Of a stretch of 64,000 bases of DNA, positions 7,361 through 17,068 are shown piece after piece (the first letter of the stretch is position 1; the number at the start of each line of letters is the position of its first letter). The translations under genes were made by a program, and so were the position numbers. The notes below the pieces were generated by a model that was given only the letters and a program-made list of their open reading frames with translations, searched no databases and had not been told where the DNA came from. Source of the DNA: an uncultured Terracidiphilus sp. (lineage in GTDB: Bacteria; Acidobacteriota; Terriglobia; Terriglobales; Acidobacteriaceae); NCBI GenBank assembly GCA_964614635.1, contig CAZTLV010000016.1, forward strand, positions 18,547 to 82,546, in the 5' to 3' direction.

Positions 7361-9984
7361 TCAAAGAATTCCTGACGCGAGCCCGATTCTTGTTGGAGCG
7401 CTCCAAGCCAGCCGAAATGGACGATGAGCTCCAGTTCCATGTCGAGCAGTCGACCGCAGCCAACATAACTGCGGGGATGACAGAGATCGAAGCGCGGAGG
7501 CGAGCACTTGTCGAATTCGGCGGCTTTGAGCGGACGCGAGAACAATGCCATGAACAACGCCCGGGCTGGTGGATGGGCACGGTGGCGCAGGATGTCCGCT
7601 ATGCGCTGAGAGGCTTCCGCCGCAATCCAGTCTTTGCTGTCACTGTGATTGCGACTCTTGCGCTCGGTATCGGCGGTACCACAGCGGTCTTCAGCGTCGT
7701 AGACCGGATTCTCTTCCGCAGCCTGCCCTATGCTCATGACGACCGCCTTGTGTCCGTGGGGTTGGTAGCCCCGATCATTCCCCAGGAGTTCATGCTCGGC
7801 GGCTCCTACTACGACTGGCGTGATAATCAGAAGCCATTCGAGGCGTTCACGTCGGAAACGGGCGTGAATGAGTGCGACCTGACGGAACATAATCCGGCGC
7901 GACTGAGATGCGCCAGCGTGGAAGCGAATTTTCTGCCCACGTTCGGCATTTCGCCAATTCTTGGACGCAATTTTCTTCCCGAAGAGGATCGGCCCAAAGG
8001 GCCGAAAGTAGCGCTCATCTCCTACGGCTTGTGGACAACCGAATATGCCCGCGACCCGGGCATCGTGAACAAACTGGTTGAGATTGATGGCAACCAAGTC
8101 AGAGTGATTGGTGTATTGCCGCAGAACTTTGAGATGCCCACACTTCAGGCGGCCGACGTGTTGGTGCCGCAGGCGTTGGATGAGGCGGCGCAACGCAAGG
8201 TCGACCCCGGCCGGGTGATGTATGCATTCGCACGACTCAAATCCGGGGTGAGCATTCAGGAGGCCGAGCGGCAGCTTCAACCCGTCTTCAACTACTCGCT
8301 CAGTCTGGCTCCGCAGCAATTCCGCAACGAAGTCCATTTGCGCGTTCGATCGGTTCGAGACCGTGAGGTGCAAGACGTCCTGCTGGTTGCTTGGGTGCTC
8401 CTGGGTGCCGTCTTCGCGGTGCTCTTGATCGCCTGCGCCAACGTCGCCAGTTTGCTGATGGCGCGGTCCGCGCCCCGGCAACGGGAGTTGGCTGTGCGCT
8501 CCGTGCTGGGAGCAAGCAGAGGCCGGCTAGTTCGCCAATCTCTCACCGAGACCTTTCTTTTGTCCATCGCGGGAGCAATCGGCGGCTCTGTTCTGGCCGA
8601 AATCCTTTTGCGAGTCTTTATTGCCATTGCACCGACAGGAATTCCGTTTCTTGCACAGGCGCAACTCGACTTGCGCATCATTCTGTTTACGGTTCTTCTT
8701 TCGCTAATTTGCGGTGCAGCCTTTGGGGTTCTGCCGGCAATCCAAAAGCCCCGACCGGCTGCGTTGGCCGCGCGTGCAAAAAGCTATCCCGCTCACGCAT
8801 GGCTGCGACGGTCTCTGGTGGTGGGACAGATCGCGATCAGCATGTCCCTCTTGATTGGCGCGGCGTCGCTGCTCCGTAGCTTCAGCAATATCGAGAACCA
8901 GCCGACTGGCATGCAGACCCAGGGCGTACTTGCAGCGCACATCTCGCTACCGGGCTATCGATTCACAACAGCGCAACAGCAAATGGAATTCTTCCTCCGC
9001 GCAGAGGCCTCGTTGCGTCAGTTGCCGGGTGTGCAGGTTGTGGGGATGACCGACTCCCTGCCTCCGGGCGAGATGCACGGCCAACAGATTTATAGCAACA
9101 TTGCGATAGCCGGGAAGCCGCGGTCGATGGCCGGTACGGGCGGCATGGTGACATGGCGCAGGGTCACGCCGGACTATTTCAAATCGCTCGAAATTTCCAT
9201 TGTTCGCGGGCAGGGATTTACTGAGCAAGAACGCACCTCAGGCGAGCGCTTTTTGGTACTAAGCAACCTACTCGCCACTCGCATGTTTGGGCTCGAAAAT
9301 CCCATCGGCCAGCACGTTCAACCTGTTCCCAATGGACCGTGGTACACAGTCCTCGGTGTGGCCGCGAATGTGAAGAATGCCGGACTGGCAGGTGAGGACG
9401 AACCCGAGTTCTACCAGTTGCGACGCAGTCACGCCGAGGATTGGACTTCAAGTTGCGTAATGGTCATCAAAACCTCCGGTTCACCCGAGGCAGTTGCTCC
9501 ATGGGTCCGGTCGCAGATCGCTCAAATCGATCCCACCATTCCGATCGACATTGACACTCTCAAACAAGATTTGAGCAAGCTGGCCGACCGGCCGCGCTTT
9601 GAGACAGCGTTGCTCGGATTTTTTGCGTTTTGCGGGCTCGTCATGGCTGTGATCGGTCTTTACGGAGTCATCTCGTTTGTGGCAGTGCAGCGCACCCAGG
9701 AGATTGGGGTGCGCATGGCACTGGGCGCATCTCGCCTGGACATCCTCCGGCTCATTGCCGGTGAAGGCGTTCGGCTGATCATCGTTGGAGGAGTTGCCGG
9801 AATGGGAGCAGCGTTGGCCAGCGGACAACTGCTTAAGAGCCTGCTTTACAACGTTGGGCCACGCGATCCGGCAATTTATGTCGGAGTTGCGCTGCTGCTG
9901 GCACTTGTCTCGCTCGCAGCCACCCTCATTCCAGCCCGAGCTGCAATGAAAGTTGAGCCGGTGGAAGCCCTGCGCTACGAATGA
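7357..9984 (+). CDS. Duplicated FtsX/MacB-type ABC permease without an adjacent ATPase (ADOP-like orphan permease)
   Basis: 875-aa ORF whose start overlaps the PadR stop (ATGA). It has the N-terminal prefix ELQFHVEQSTAANITAGMTEIEARRRALVEFGG, then two copies of TM, large periplasmic domain and FtsX 3-TM module. The pattern RTQEIGVRMALGA recurs, compare RELAVRSVLGA. Confidence 0.9.
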   Translation: MIKEFLTRARFLLERSKPAEMDDELQFHVEQSTAANITAGMTEIEARRRALVEFGGFERTREQCHEQRPGWWMGTVAQDVRYALRGFRRNPVFAVTVIATLALGIGGTTAVFSVVDRILFRSLPYAHDDRLVSVGLVAPIIPQEFMLGGSYYDWRDNQKPFEAFTSETGVNECDLTEHNPARLRCASVEANFLPTFGISPILGRNFLPEEDRPKGPKVALISYGLWTTEYARDPGIVNKLVEIDGNQVRVIGVLPQNFEMPTLQAADVLVPQALDEAAQRKVDPGRVMYAFARLKSGVSIQEAERQLQPVFNYSLSLAPQQFRNEVHLRVRSVRDREVQDVLLVAWVLLGAVFAVLLIACANVASLLMARSAPRQRELAVRSVLGASRGRLVRQSLTETFLLSIAGAIGGSVLAEILLRVFIAIAPTGIPFLAQAQLDLRIILFTVLLSLICGAAFGVLPAIQKPRPAALAARAKSYPAHAWLRRSLVVGQIAISMSLLIGAASLLRSFSNIENQPTGMQTQGVLAAHISLPGYRFTTAQQQMEFFLRAEASLRQLPGVQVVGMTDSLPPGEMHGQQIYSNIAIAGKPRSMAGTGGMVTWRRVTPDYFKSLEISIVRGQGFTEQERTSGERFLVLSNLLATRMFGLENPIGQHVQPVPNGPWYTVLGVAANVKNAGLAGEDEPEFYQLRRSHAEDWTSSCVMVIKTSGSPEAVAPWVRSQIAQIDPTIPIDIDTLKQDLSKLADRPRFETALLGFFAFCGLVMAVIGLYGVISFVAVQRTQEIGVRMALGASRLDILRLIAGEGVRLIIVGGVAGMGAALASGQLLKSLLYNVGPRDPAIYVGVALLLALVSLAATLIPARAAMKVEPVEALRYE

Positions 9985-10033
9985 GTCCGTTTCTATACAG
10001 CCTTGGTCCTTGCCATCTACAATTCGTCCCGAG

Positions 10034-10855
10034 ATGAAAACTACTTGCATGCTCTTTTCAGCGGTTCTGCTGGTCTGTGCGACGTTGCATCCTCTGTGTG
10101 CGCAAACGCCTGTCGCTCCGGCGACACCGAACCAGGCGGTGCCAGATTGGGCGCAGCCGGCGTCGGCGACCCACACCCAGGTATCCCCACCGGCCACCTT
10201 TCACAGGCCGAGCACCACCTTCAACACACCCATCGGCATCTTCGAAGGCCAGTCTGACATTGGCAGCGCCGTTGTGCCGGGCAGCGCCAGTTACGACCCC
10301 AGCACAAAGCAGTACACCATCAACTCCGCCGGTTACAACGTCTGGTATGTCCGCGATGAGTTCCGCTATCTGTGGAGAAAAATGTTAGGGGACGTCTCAC
10401 TGGCGGCTGATATCACGTACCCTGACACCAAGGGCTTTGGAGATCGCAAAGCTGTGCTCGTCATCCGCCAGGATCTCGAGGACGATTCGAAGGAAGCCAT
10501 TGTGGCCTTGCATGGCGCGGGCATGATCCATCTGGCCCAGCGGCCCGAAAAAGGAATGCGGGTCAAGGACATGGAGTACCGCGTCGGCGGCCGCGGCCTT
10601 CCCGCCGGCGCCAGCCCTGACAGCCTGGTCACGGTCATGGCCAGGCGCATCGGAATCGAAAAACATGGCGACTCCTTTGCCCTCTTCGTCAGCATGGAAG
10701 GCGAGCCGATGCATCAGTTTGGGGCGCCCATCCATCTACACCTTGACAGCCCTTTTTACGTGGGCATCGGGTTCTGCTCGCATCTGCCTGAAAAGTCCGA
10801 TACCGCGGTGCTTTCCGACATCGTTCTCGAGAACTCCGCCGGGAACGTACACTAG
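10034..10855 (+). CDS. Exported protein of unknown function (beta-sandwich / ConA-like domain suspected)
   Basis: The signal peptide MKTTCMLFSAVLLVCATLHPLCAQ begins at the ATG at 10034. The mature part is beta-rich (YNVWYVRDEFRYLWRKMLGDVSLAADITY...KAVLVIRQDLEDDSKEAIVALHGAGMIHLAQR). The fold assignment is from memory only. Confidence 0.55.
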   Translation: MKTTCMLFSAVLLVCATLHPLCAQTPVAPATPNQAVPDWAQPASATHTQVSPPATFHRPSTTFNTPIGIFEGQSDIGSAVVPGSASYDPSTKQYTINSAGYNVWYVRDEFRYLWRKMLGDVSLAADITYPDTKGFGDRKAVLVIRQDLEDDSKEAIVALHGAGMIHLAQRPEKGMRVKDMEYRVGGRGLPAGASPDSLVTVMARRIGIEKHGDSFALFVSMEGEPMHQFGAPIHLHLDSPFYVGIGFCSHLPEKSDTAVLSDIVLENSAGNVH

Positions 10856-11072
10856 GGCGGCTTCACCCCCCAGAATCGCCCTCTTTGGCGATGCCTCGCC
10901 TTGGCTTCGAAACTGGTTCCGGGGTATACTAAAGATTCGGCAAGCCGGTGGGGTGGTGTGTCTTCTGCAGCCCCTGAGGATTAAGTTCTGAGCGGACCAG
11001 GAATGACGCTCGAATGCGACTCGTTCCGGCGGCGACGAAAGAATCTGAAAAAGAAGAATTTGGAGTGAAGTC

Positions 11073-11297
11073 ATGGCACAGGTATGCGACATTTGCGGGA
11101 AAGGCCCGCAGTTCGGCAACAACATCTCTCACGCGCACAACGTCACGCGGCGCCGCTGGAACGTGAATTTGCAGGCGGTTAAGGCGTTGGTCAACGGCGC
11201 GCCCAAGCGGATCAGGGTCTGCACCAGCTGCATCAAGACCGGCAAGATCGCCAAGGCCTCACCGCAATCGTCGTCGCAAACCTTAGCCAAAAGCTAA
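11073..11297 (+). CDS. rpmB: 50S ribosomal protein L28
   Basis: [34 protein letters not shown] is the L28 signature. Confidence 0.95.
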   Translation: MAQVCDICGKGPQFGNNISHAHNVTRRRWNVNLQAVKALVNGAPKRIRVCTSCIKTGKIAKASPQSSSQTLAKS

Positions 11298-11350
11298 AGC
11301 GCCACAAGGATGGGCCAGCAAGCCCGAAAACAAATCGAGATTCACCCGAG

Positions 11351-11381
11351 CCCCGTCCACACCCGGACGGGGTTTTGTTTT
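11351..11381 (+). terminator. Rho-independent terminator after rpmB (possibly bidirectional, facing msrB)
   Basis: The stem is CCCCGTCC (11351..11358) paired with GGACGGGG (11365..11372), with a 6-nt loop, followed by TTTTGTTTT (11373..11381). Confidence 0.7.
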
Positions 11382-11431
11382 CGCTGAAATACTGGGCCGG
11401 ACCCAATCGGGACCTGAACTGCTGAGACTGG

Positions 11432-11842
11432 TTACGGCTTTTGCCGTGCGAAGGTCAGGCTGGCGGAGTTGATGCAGTAACGCAGCCCAGTGGGCTCGGG
11501 TCCGTCGGGGAAGACGTGGCCCAGGTGGCCGCCGCAGCGGGCGCATGTCACTTCCACACGGCGCATTCCATACGAACGGTCTTCGTGTTCTTCCACGGCT
11601 TTCGAGTCGGCCGGCAGCATGAAGCTGGGCCATCCACAACCCGATTCGAACTTGGCGCCGCTCAAAAACAGCAACGACCCGCACCCCGCGCAGTGATAGT
11701 TGCCGGTTTCATGGTTCAGCGTCAGCGCGCCAGTGAAGGGTCGCTCGGTTCCCTTCTGCCGCAACACCTGGTACTGCTCCTGCGTTAGCACGGTGCGCCA
11801 TTCGGCGTCGCTGCGCACAATCTTTTCTGGGGATTCACTCAT
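11432..11842 (-). CDS. msrB: Peptide-methionine (R)-S-oxide reductase
   Basis: It has two CxxC zinc motifs (CAGCG, CARCG) and the active-site region GCGWPSF...[25 protein letters not shown]. Confidence 0.95.
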   Translation of the reverse strand: MSESPEKIVRSDAEWRTVLTQEQYQVLRQKGTERPFTGALTLNHETGNYHCAGCGSLLFLSGAKFESGCGWPSFMLPADSKAVEEHEDRSYGMRRVEVTCARCGGHLGHVFPDGPEPTGLRYCINSASLTFARQKP

Positions 11843-11949
11843 CGAGACTCCTGCATGACTGGCGATCGGCGTTGAGGTCTCAAGTCTCTCATGCTCTTCT
11901 CAAGAAAGCGTGAATGGGATTTGGGGCTGCTCAGGTTTGAATCGCTGCC

Positions 11950-12339
11950 TCAGACTTCGGCTACCAGTTCGATCTCCACCAGCACGTCTTTGGGCAATCG
12001 CGACACTTCAACTGTGGTTCGGGCCGGCGGCGCTACGCCGTTGATGGCAAGATACGCTCCGTAGACGGCGTTCATGGCCGCGAAGTCGTCAAAGTTCTTC
12101 AGGAAAACCGTCGCCTTCACCGCGCGGGAAAGGTCGCTTCCCCCTGCTTCAAGAATGGCTTTCAGATTCTCAAACACACGCGTGGCCTGCTCGGCGATGC
12201 CCCCGGCAACCACTTGCTGAGTCGCGGGATCAAGTGCAATTTGTCCGGCCGTGAAAATCAGGTTGCCCGCGCGCATTCCCTGGGAATAGGGCCCGATCGC
12301 GCCTGGAGCATTGGCTGTTGTTATGACTGCTTTGCTCAT
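11950..12339 (-). CDS. ridA: RidA/YjgF-family reactive-intermediate deaminase
   Basis: APGAIGPYSQGMRAGNLIFTAGQIALDP...ATVFLKNFDDFAAMNAVY...PARTTVEVSRLPKDVLVEIE is the canonical YjgF/RidA pattern. Confidence 0.9.
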   Translation of the reverse strand: MSKAVITTANAPGAIGPYSQGMRAGNLIFTAGQIALDPATQQVVAGGIAEQATRVFENLKAILEAGGSDLSRAVKATVFLKNFDDFAAMNAVYGAYLAINGVAPPARTTVEVSRLPKDVLVEIELVAEV

Positions 12340-12489
12340 GGGTCGATTGTAAAGGCCGATCGCAATTCTGGAATTGGTGTCGACCGGACGTCTTAACCAC
12401 GAGTCGCCTTAATCAGCAAGACTCCGGCCTCGTGCGCTCCCAAGATGCCGACATGGAATCCGGATCCGCTCTTTCCCCGGCGACCAAGC

Positions 12490-12897
12490 TCAGCGCAACC
12501 GCCCCAACAATGCGCCGCTCACCATGAGCGCAACCATCCAGTAGCCGCTGTTGATCACAAACAGCTTGAAAGGCCGCCTCTCGTAGACGTACTGCGCAAA
12601 GAGCGGTGCTCCTACAAACCCCAGCCACAGGCGAAGGCCGATGATCGCTCCATACTTCAAACCGGCTACACCGGTCATCGACAGAAAGTAAAGCACCATG
12701 AACGACACGAACAGGTTGCCGATACCGATCGCGAACATTCCGGCTATCTCGTTGGGCTTTTTCGTCCCCGTGCGATCGTCGACCGCGGCATGCCAGGCGC
12801 GACCAAACAGCACGGGCGAATACCAGATAACACCAATAAACCACTGAAGGATGGTCGATAGGATTACGGCCAGATGACCGGAGTGCAACATGCTCAT
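12490..12897 (-). CDS. DUF1761-type small membrane protein, copy 1
   Basis: It has four hydrophobic segments and is a paralogue of 12961..13368 (ILQWFIGVIWYSPVLFGRAWHAAV versus VIQWVLGAIWYSPVAFAKPWKAMV). I chose the ATG at 12897 (MSMLHSGHL...). The family name is recalled from memory. Confidence 0.65.
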   Translation of the reverse strand: MSMLHSGHLAVILSTILQWFIGVIWYSPVLFGRAWHAAVDDRTGTKKPNEIAGMFAIGIGNLFVSFMVLYFLSMTGVAGLKYGAIIGLRLWLGFVGAPLFAQYVYERRPFKLFVINSGYWMVALMVSGALLGRLR

Positions 12898-12960
12898 CGG
12901 GAAATGTCCCTGTTCATGGGTCGATTGTACAGCGACCATTTCCCTATGACGGGTGATGCA

Positions 12961-13368
12961 TCAACGCCAGACGGCTAACACGACACCTGAAATCGCCAAC
13001 CCCACCAGCCAGTAGCCCACGTTGATGGCGAACAGGTTGAACGGACGGCCCTCGTAGATGTGCTGTGCTGAAAGCGGCGCGACGATAAACCCGGCCCACA
13101 TGATGAAGCCCACCAGGGCTCCATGAGCGGGAGTGGTTACTGACGCCCAAAGAATCACGTGCGCCAGCACGAATGAAAGAATCAGGCTGCCGAGGAACGA
13201 GACGATCATTCCCGCAATCATGTTGTTCTTCTTGGGCTCGGAGTGGGCATACACCATGGCCTTCCAGGGCTTGGCGAATGCCACGGGCGAGTACCATATG
13301 GCGCCAAGAACCCACTGAATCACGGCACAGACCACGATGGCCCATGGGTTAAACGTCAAATGAGTCAT
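12961..13368 (-). CDS. DUF1761-type small membrane protein, copy 2
   Basis: 135-aa ORF with the same architecture as copy 1. A GGGAG Shine-Dalgarno motif lies upstream of the ATG at 13368. Confidence 0.7.
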   Translation of the reverse strand: MTHLTFNPWAIVVCAVIQWVLGAIWYSPVAFAKPWKAMVYAHSEPKKNNMIAGMIVSFLGSLILSFVLAHVILWASVTTPAHGALVGFIMWAGFIVAPLSAQHIYEGRPFNLFAINVGYWLVGLAISGVVLAVWR

Positions 13369-13496
13369 AAAGAAGTCTCCCGGTTGGACAGAATTCCGCC
13401 TCGGAGGGGCCGGAAGACATGGTGAAGCGAATCGGGGTCGCTGTCCGGCCTGCTAGGAGTCGCGCAAATGACTCTGCTGCAATGGCTATGGGTGTG

Positions 13497-14423
13497 TCAA
13501 GCAGAAATGCGCGGCGAGGGTTCATCCCGGCGCTTGAGCGCTTCCAATTCATCCAATGTGCGCGGCCAATCTGAACCCAGCAATCTTGACAGGCTTCGGT
13601 CCGCCAAGACCTTTCCGCCTGTCTGACATCGGACGCAGTAATTGGTCTCGTTGTCGGCGTAGCGAATGCGCTGCACCTTTTCGCCGCATCGGGGGCAGGG
13701 CTTGCCAAAGCGGCCATGCACTGCCATCTCCGGCCTGAAGGCCGTCACCTTCTCAGGAAAACTCTTTTTCGCCTCCGCATTCATGCGGTCAATCCACAGT
13801 GTCAGCGTGGAACGCGTCGCGGCAAACAATCTCTCCCATTCCTCCGGCTTCAGCTTGTGCGTTTGCGTAATGGGCGATAGCTGGGCGGCGTGAAGAATCT
13901 CATCTGAATACGCGTTGCCCACACCACTGATCAGCCGCGGATCGGTCAGCGCTCGCTTGAGGGTGCGATTTTCCTGCGTCAATGCGGCGCGAAAGCCGTC
14001 CAGGTCGGTGGAGAACACTTCCACTCCGCCGGGATCGATTGCCCGCAGAGCCTGATCTCCCCGCAGCACAAAGAGTGAAGCCCGGCGCTTGCTGCCAGCC
14101 TCGGTCAACACCAGTGAACCAGAAGGAAAATCGAACGCGGCAAGCGCTTGCCGCCTGGCGAGTTTGGCGTGTGGCGGACGCCAGTGCAAACGTCCGGCAA
14201 TCATCAGGTGCAGTACGAGCCACAGGTCGCCGTCGAGGCCGATGGCAATGCGCTTGCCAATCCGGCGGATTTCCTGCACTCTACGGCCCTCAACGGATTC
14301 AAGCGGCGGATCAACCGTGCGCAACAGAAAGACACTTGCCAACCGGACGCGCTCCAGGGGTTGCCCAAGAATCCGTGCCTCGAGTGCGGTGATGTAGGCC
14401 GAGATGTCAGGCAGTTCCGGCAT
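13497..14423 (-). CDS. Fpg/Nei-family DNA glycosylase / AP lyase
   Basis: The N-terminal MPELPD (catalytic Pro2/Glu3), an H2TH region, and the C-terminal zinc finger CPRCGEKVQRIRYADNETNYCVRCQ are all present. Confidence 0.85.
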   Translation of the reverse strand: MPELPDISAYITALEARILGQPLERVRLASVFLLRTVDPPLESVEGRRVQEIRRIGKRIAIGLDGDLWLVLHLMIAGRLHWRPPHAKLARRQALAAFDFPSGSLVLTEAGSKRRASLFVLRGDQALRAIDPGGVEVFSTDLDGFRAALTQENRTLKRALTDPRLISGVGNAYSDEILHAAQLSPITQTHKLKPEEWERLFAATRSTLTLWIDRMNAEAKKSFPEKVTAFRPEMAVHGRFGKPCPRCGEKVQRIRYADNETNYCVRCQTGGKVLADRSLSRLLGSDWPRTLDELEALKRRDEPSPRISA

Positions 14424-14525
14424 TCACTCAAGCTTGCAGCCGGGGCGGGTGATTGTGCAACGGGAATCGCATGGGGACACCGCTCCCAACACGAAGGTGC
14501 CCGTCAAAGGCGAAACAGCGGCACT

Positions 14526-15215
14526 CTATGCCGTGCGCGGACTCATTTGTGGCGCGCTTGTTTTGAATGCCCTCACGAGCAATACAGCAAGCTCCAGAGC
14601 GATGGGCCACACGATGACCATCGATACAAACCAGCCTGATCTGGACGAAAACCTCCCTGCGGCTCCGGCGTAGACCACGAGACAAAGTACCATGTTTGCG
14701 AGGTAGGCCGTGTCCAGCCCTGCAAGGCAGGCCGCGGTGGGAGCAATGTGCCGCTGGCGCATCAACAAAACAGCGACGCTGGCGATGACGATGCCGAAGC
14801 CCAGACCCAAAACCGCAAAACGCTGCCAATCGCTGGTTCCAGCCAAGTGCAGCAGAAATGGGACCTCCACCGCAATGGTGCCTGCAATCGAGAGGCCGAC
14901 GAAACTCCACAGCAGGCGTCTACCGAACGCCGTCGAAGGTCGGGTTGAAAACATTGAGCGCAGTCGGAGCCAGACCATGGGAAACGCAAGAAAGAAGGGC
15001 GCACCGGCAAGAAAGTGCCACCAATTACCCTGGTTGCCCGGAACCCGAAGCGTCACAGCATCCCATGCGGAGGTGTCAAATGCAAAAGGAAGAAATGCTA
15101 TCGCCGCCGCAGCCAGCCAAACGATGAGCATGATCGGCTTGATCCATGTTGGGCTCTGTTCTTCCTTCGGCCAAACCGCCGCACTTCCAGCCACGACTCC
15201 TGAACCATGCTCCAT
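14526..15215 (-). CDS. Polytopic membrane protein, function unknown
   Basis: 229-aa ORF with about 6 hydrophobic helices and no motif that I recognise. Confidence 0.55.
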   Translation of the reverse strand: MEHGSGVVAGSAAVWPKEEQSPTWIKPIMLIVWLAAAAIAFLPFAFDTSAWDAVTLRVPGNQGNWWHFLAGAPFFLAFPMVWLRLRSMFSTRPSTAFGRRLLWSFVGLSIAGTIAVEVPFLLHLAGTSDWQRFAVLGLGFGIVIASVAVLLMRQRHIAPTAACLAGLDTAYLANMVLCLVVYAGAAGRFSSRSGWFVSMVIVWPIALELAVLLVRAFKTSAPQMSPRTA

Positions 15216-15305
15216 GAAGACCCCTGTTGAACGTTACGAAGCCAGAGTCACAGAGGTTCCGCAGTTTTGCGCATGAGCCAGAAGTGGTGGGTCCTTTGAT
15301 CCGAG

Positions 15306-16151
15306 CTAAGGGAGGATTGCGTTGTCGATGAGCCGAGTTGACCCTACCCATGCGGCAATCGCAAACAGAGTGCCCGGCACAGCAACTTCAATCGGCAGAA
15401 GTGTGGCCCAATCGACAAGCGCGATGTAATCAACGCGGACTCCCGGGGCGCCAGCCAGGGCTTGGCGAGCCGCCTCCTGAAGAAAACTGGCGCGCCGCTC
15501 GCCAGCTGCAACCAGCAACTCAACCTGGCGAATGCATTGGCTCAAAACCAGCGCCTGATTTCGTTCCGCGGCACGGAGATAAATGTTCCTGGAACTCAAC
15601 GCCAAGCCGTCGGAATCGCGAACGATGGGACACACCACGATTTCGGTTCCAATGCGCAAGTCGGTAACCATGCGTCGAACTACCGAGCATTGCGCCGCAT
15701 CTTTTTGGCCAAAGAAGGCACGGTTTGCTTCGCAGGCAATCAGAAGCTTTGCCACGACGGTAGAGACGCCGCGAAAGTGCCCAGGCCGCGATTGACCGTC
15801 GAGCCGATCCCCTATCCCTTCCACGTCAACCAACGTCGCCGCGCCTTCGGGATACATCTCCTCCACTGATGGTGCGAAAACGACCTGTGCCCCTTCCTCT
15901 TCCGCCAGTGCGCAATCGGCGTCAAAACTGCGCGGGTAGAGGGCGAAGTCTTCATTGGGGCCGAACTGCGCCGGGTTTACAAAGATGCTCACGGCGACGT
16001 TACTGCTCGCATCATGCGCAGCGCGAATCAATGAACCGTGGCCTCGATGCAACGCACCCATCGTAGGCACAAGCCCCACAGTTTGTGCGTTCCAACTGCG
16101 TTGTTTGCGAGACCAATGACGCAGCTCAACAACGGTGCGAAGAATCTCCAT
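15306..16151 (-). CDS. panC: Pantoate--beta-alanine ligase
   Basis: VGLVPTMGALHRGHGSLIRAA and FGQKDAAQ are PanC signatures. The start shares 1 nt with the panB stop. Confidence 0.95.
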   Translation of the reverse strand: MEILRTVVELRHWSRKQRSWNAQTVGLVPTMGALHRGHGSLIRAAHDASSNVAVSIFVNPAQFGPNEDFALYPRSFDADCALAEEEGAQVVFAPSVEEMYPEGAATLVDVEGIGDRLDGQSRPGHFRGVSTVVAKLLIACEANRAFFGQKDAAQCSVVRRMVTDLRIGTEIVVCPIVRDSDGLALSSRNIYLRAAERNQALVLSQCIRQVELLVAAGERRASFLQEAARQALAGAPGVRVDYIALVDWATLLPIEVAVPGTLFAIAAWVGSTRLIDNAILP

Positions 16152-17068
16152 CAGGCTTTGCGCAGCTTGCCCAGCGGCTGGTCGGCGTCAAGAGCCTGGC
16201 GTGCCGCTTCAGGCAAATGATAGCTCTCCTCGTCTGAAGGGAATGCGTGATGCTCAACGTCTTCGCGGTAATGTTCGATAGCACTCCGGATGAGCGCGCC
16301 CGCGTCGCCATAACGTCTGACAAACTTGGCCGGAGGCGCAAATGTCAGGTTCAGCATGTCGTGGAAGACGAGGATTTGCCCATCGCAATTCGGCCCGGCG
16401 CCAATGCCGATGGTAGGGATTGTCAGCTCGCCGCTGATTGCGGCGGCCACCTCGCGCGGAATGCCTTCAAGCACGATTGCCCCGGCGCCTGCCTCGGCAA
16501 GGGCGAGCGCGTCGGCTTTGAGCTGGATCACAGTTTCCGCAGTGCGGGCCTGCACGCGGTAACCGCCCATGCGATGCACGCTTTGTGGCGTCAGGCCTAG
16601 ATGACCCACTACGGGGATCTCTGATTCGGTGAGTGCGCGAACCAGTTCAATCCGTGCACCCTCAATCTTGACGGCCTCGGCGCCAGCTTCTTTCACAAAA
16701 CGGACTGCATTGCCTAATCCCTCTGCAACCGTTCCGTGATAGCTGCCAAACGGCATGTCGGCAACCACCAGGGCGCGGCGAACGGCGCGATGAACCGCGC
16801 GCGTGTGGTGGAGCATTTCATCTACCGTGACTGAAAGGGTGTTTTCGTGGCCCAGTACCACCATGGCCAGCGAATCACCCACCAGCAGCAAGTCGATTCC
16901 GGCTTCATCAGCCAACCGCGAAGTCGCATAGTCGTACGCGGTCAGCGCTGAGATGGGCTTGGCCTGGCGCTTCATCTCAATCAGCGTAGGCATCGTGACT
17001 TTTGTGATGGGATTGGCAGTGCTGATGGGCGCGGAACTGTCGCCGCCGGGGAAGTGCGTAATGCTCAT
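16151..17068 (-). CDS. panB: 3-methyl-2-oxobutanoate hydroxymethyltransferase
   Basis: LTAYDYATSRLADEAGIDLLLVGDSLAMVVLGHENTL...VKIEGA...VVGHLGLTPQS matches PanB. I chose the ATG at 17068, which is preceded by GGAGACAAC. Confidence 0.95.
   Translation of the reverse strand: MSITHFPGGDSSAPISTANPITKVTMPTLIEMKRQAKPISALTAYDYATSRLADEAGIDLLLVGDSLAMVVLGHENTLSVTVDEMLHHTRAVHRAVRRALVVADMPFGSYHGTVAEGLGNAVRFVKEAGAEAVKIEGARIELVRALTESEIPVVGHLGLTPQSVHRMGGYRVQARTAETVIQLKADALALAEAGAGAIVLEGIPREVAAAISGELTIPTIGIGAGPNCDGQILVFHDMLNLTFAPPAKFVRRYGDAGALIRSAIEHYREDVEHHAFPSDEESYHLPEAARQALDADQPLGKLRKA

Noticed and set aside
7246-8481. Long antisense ORF (411 aa) inside the permease gene. Similar long shadow ORFs occur at 9481..10197, 21235..22278, 24610..25680, 36398..37144, 45641..46273, 46301..47032 and 50129..50971.
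   Set aside because: All of them lie opposite genes with strong family signatures. Their compositions are Arg/Gly/His-rich and low in information, as is typical of high-GC antisense frames.
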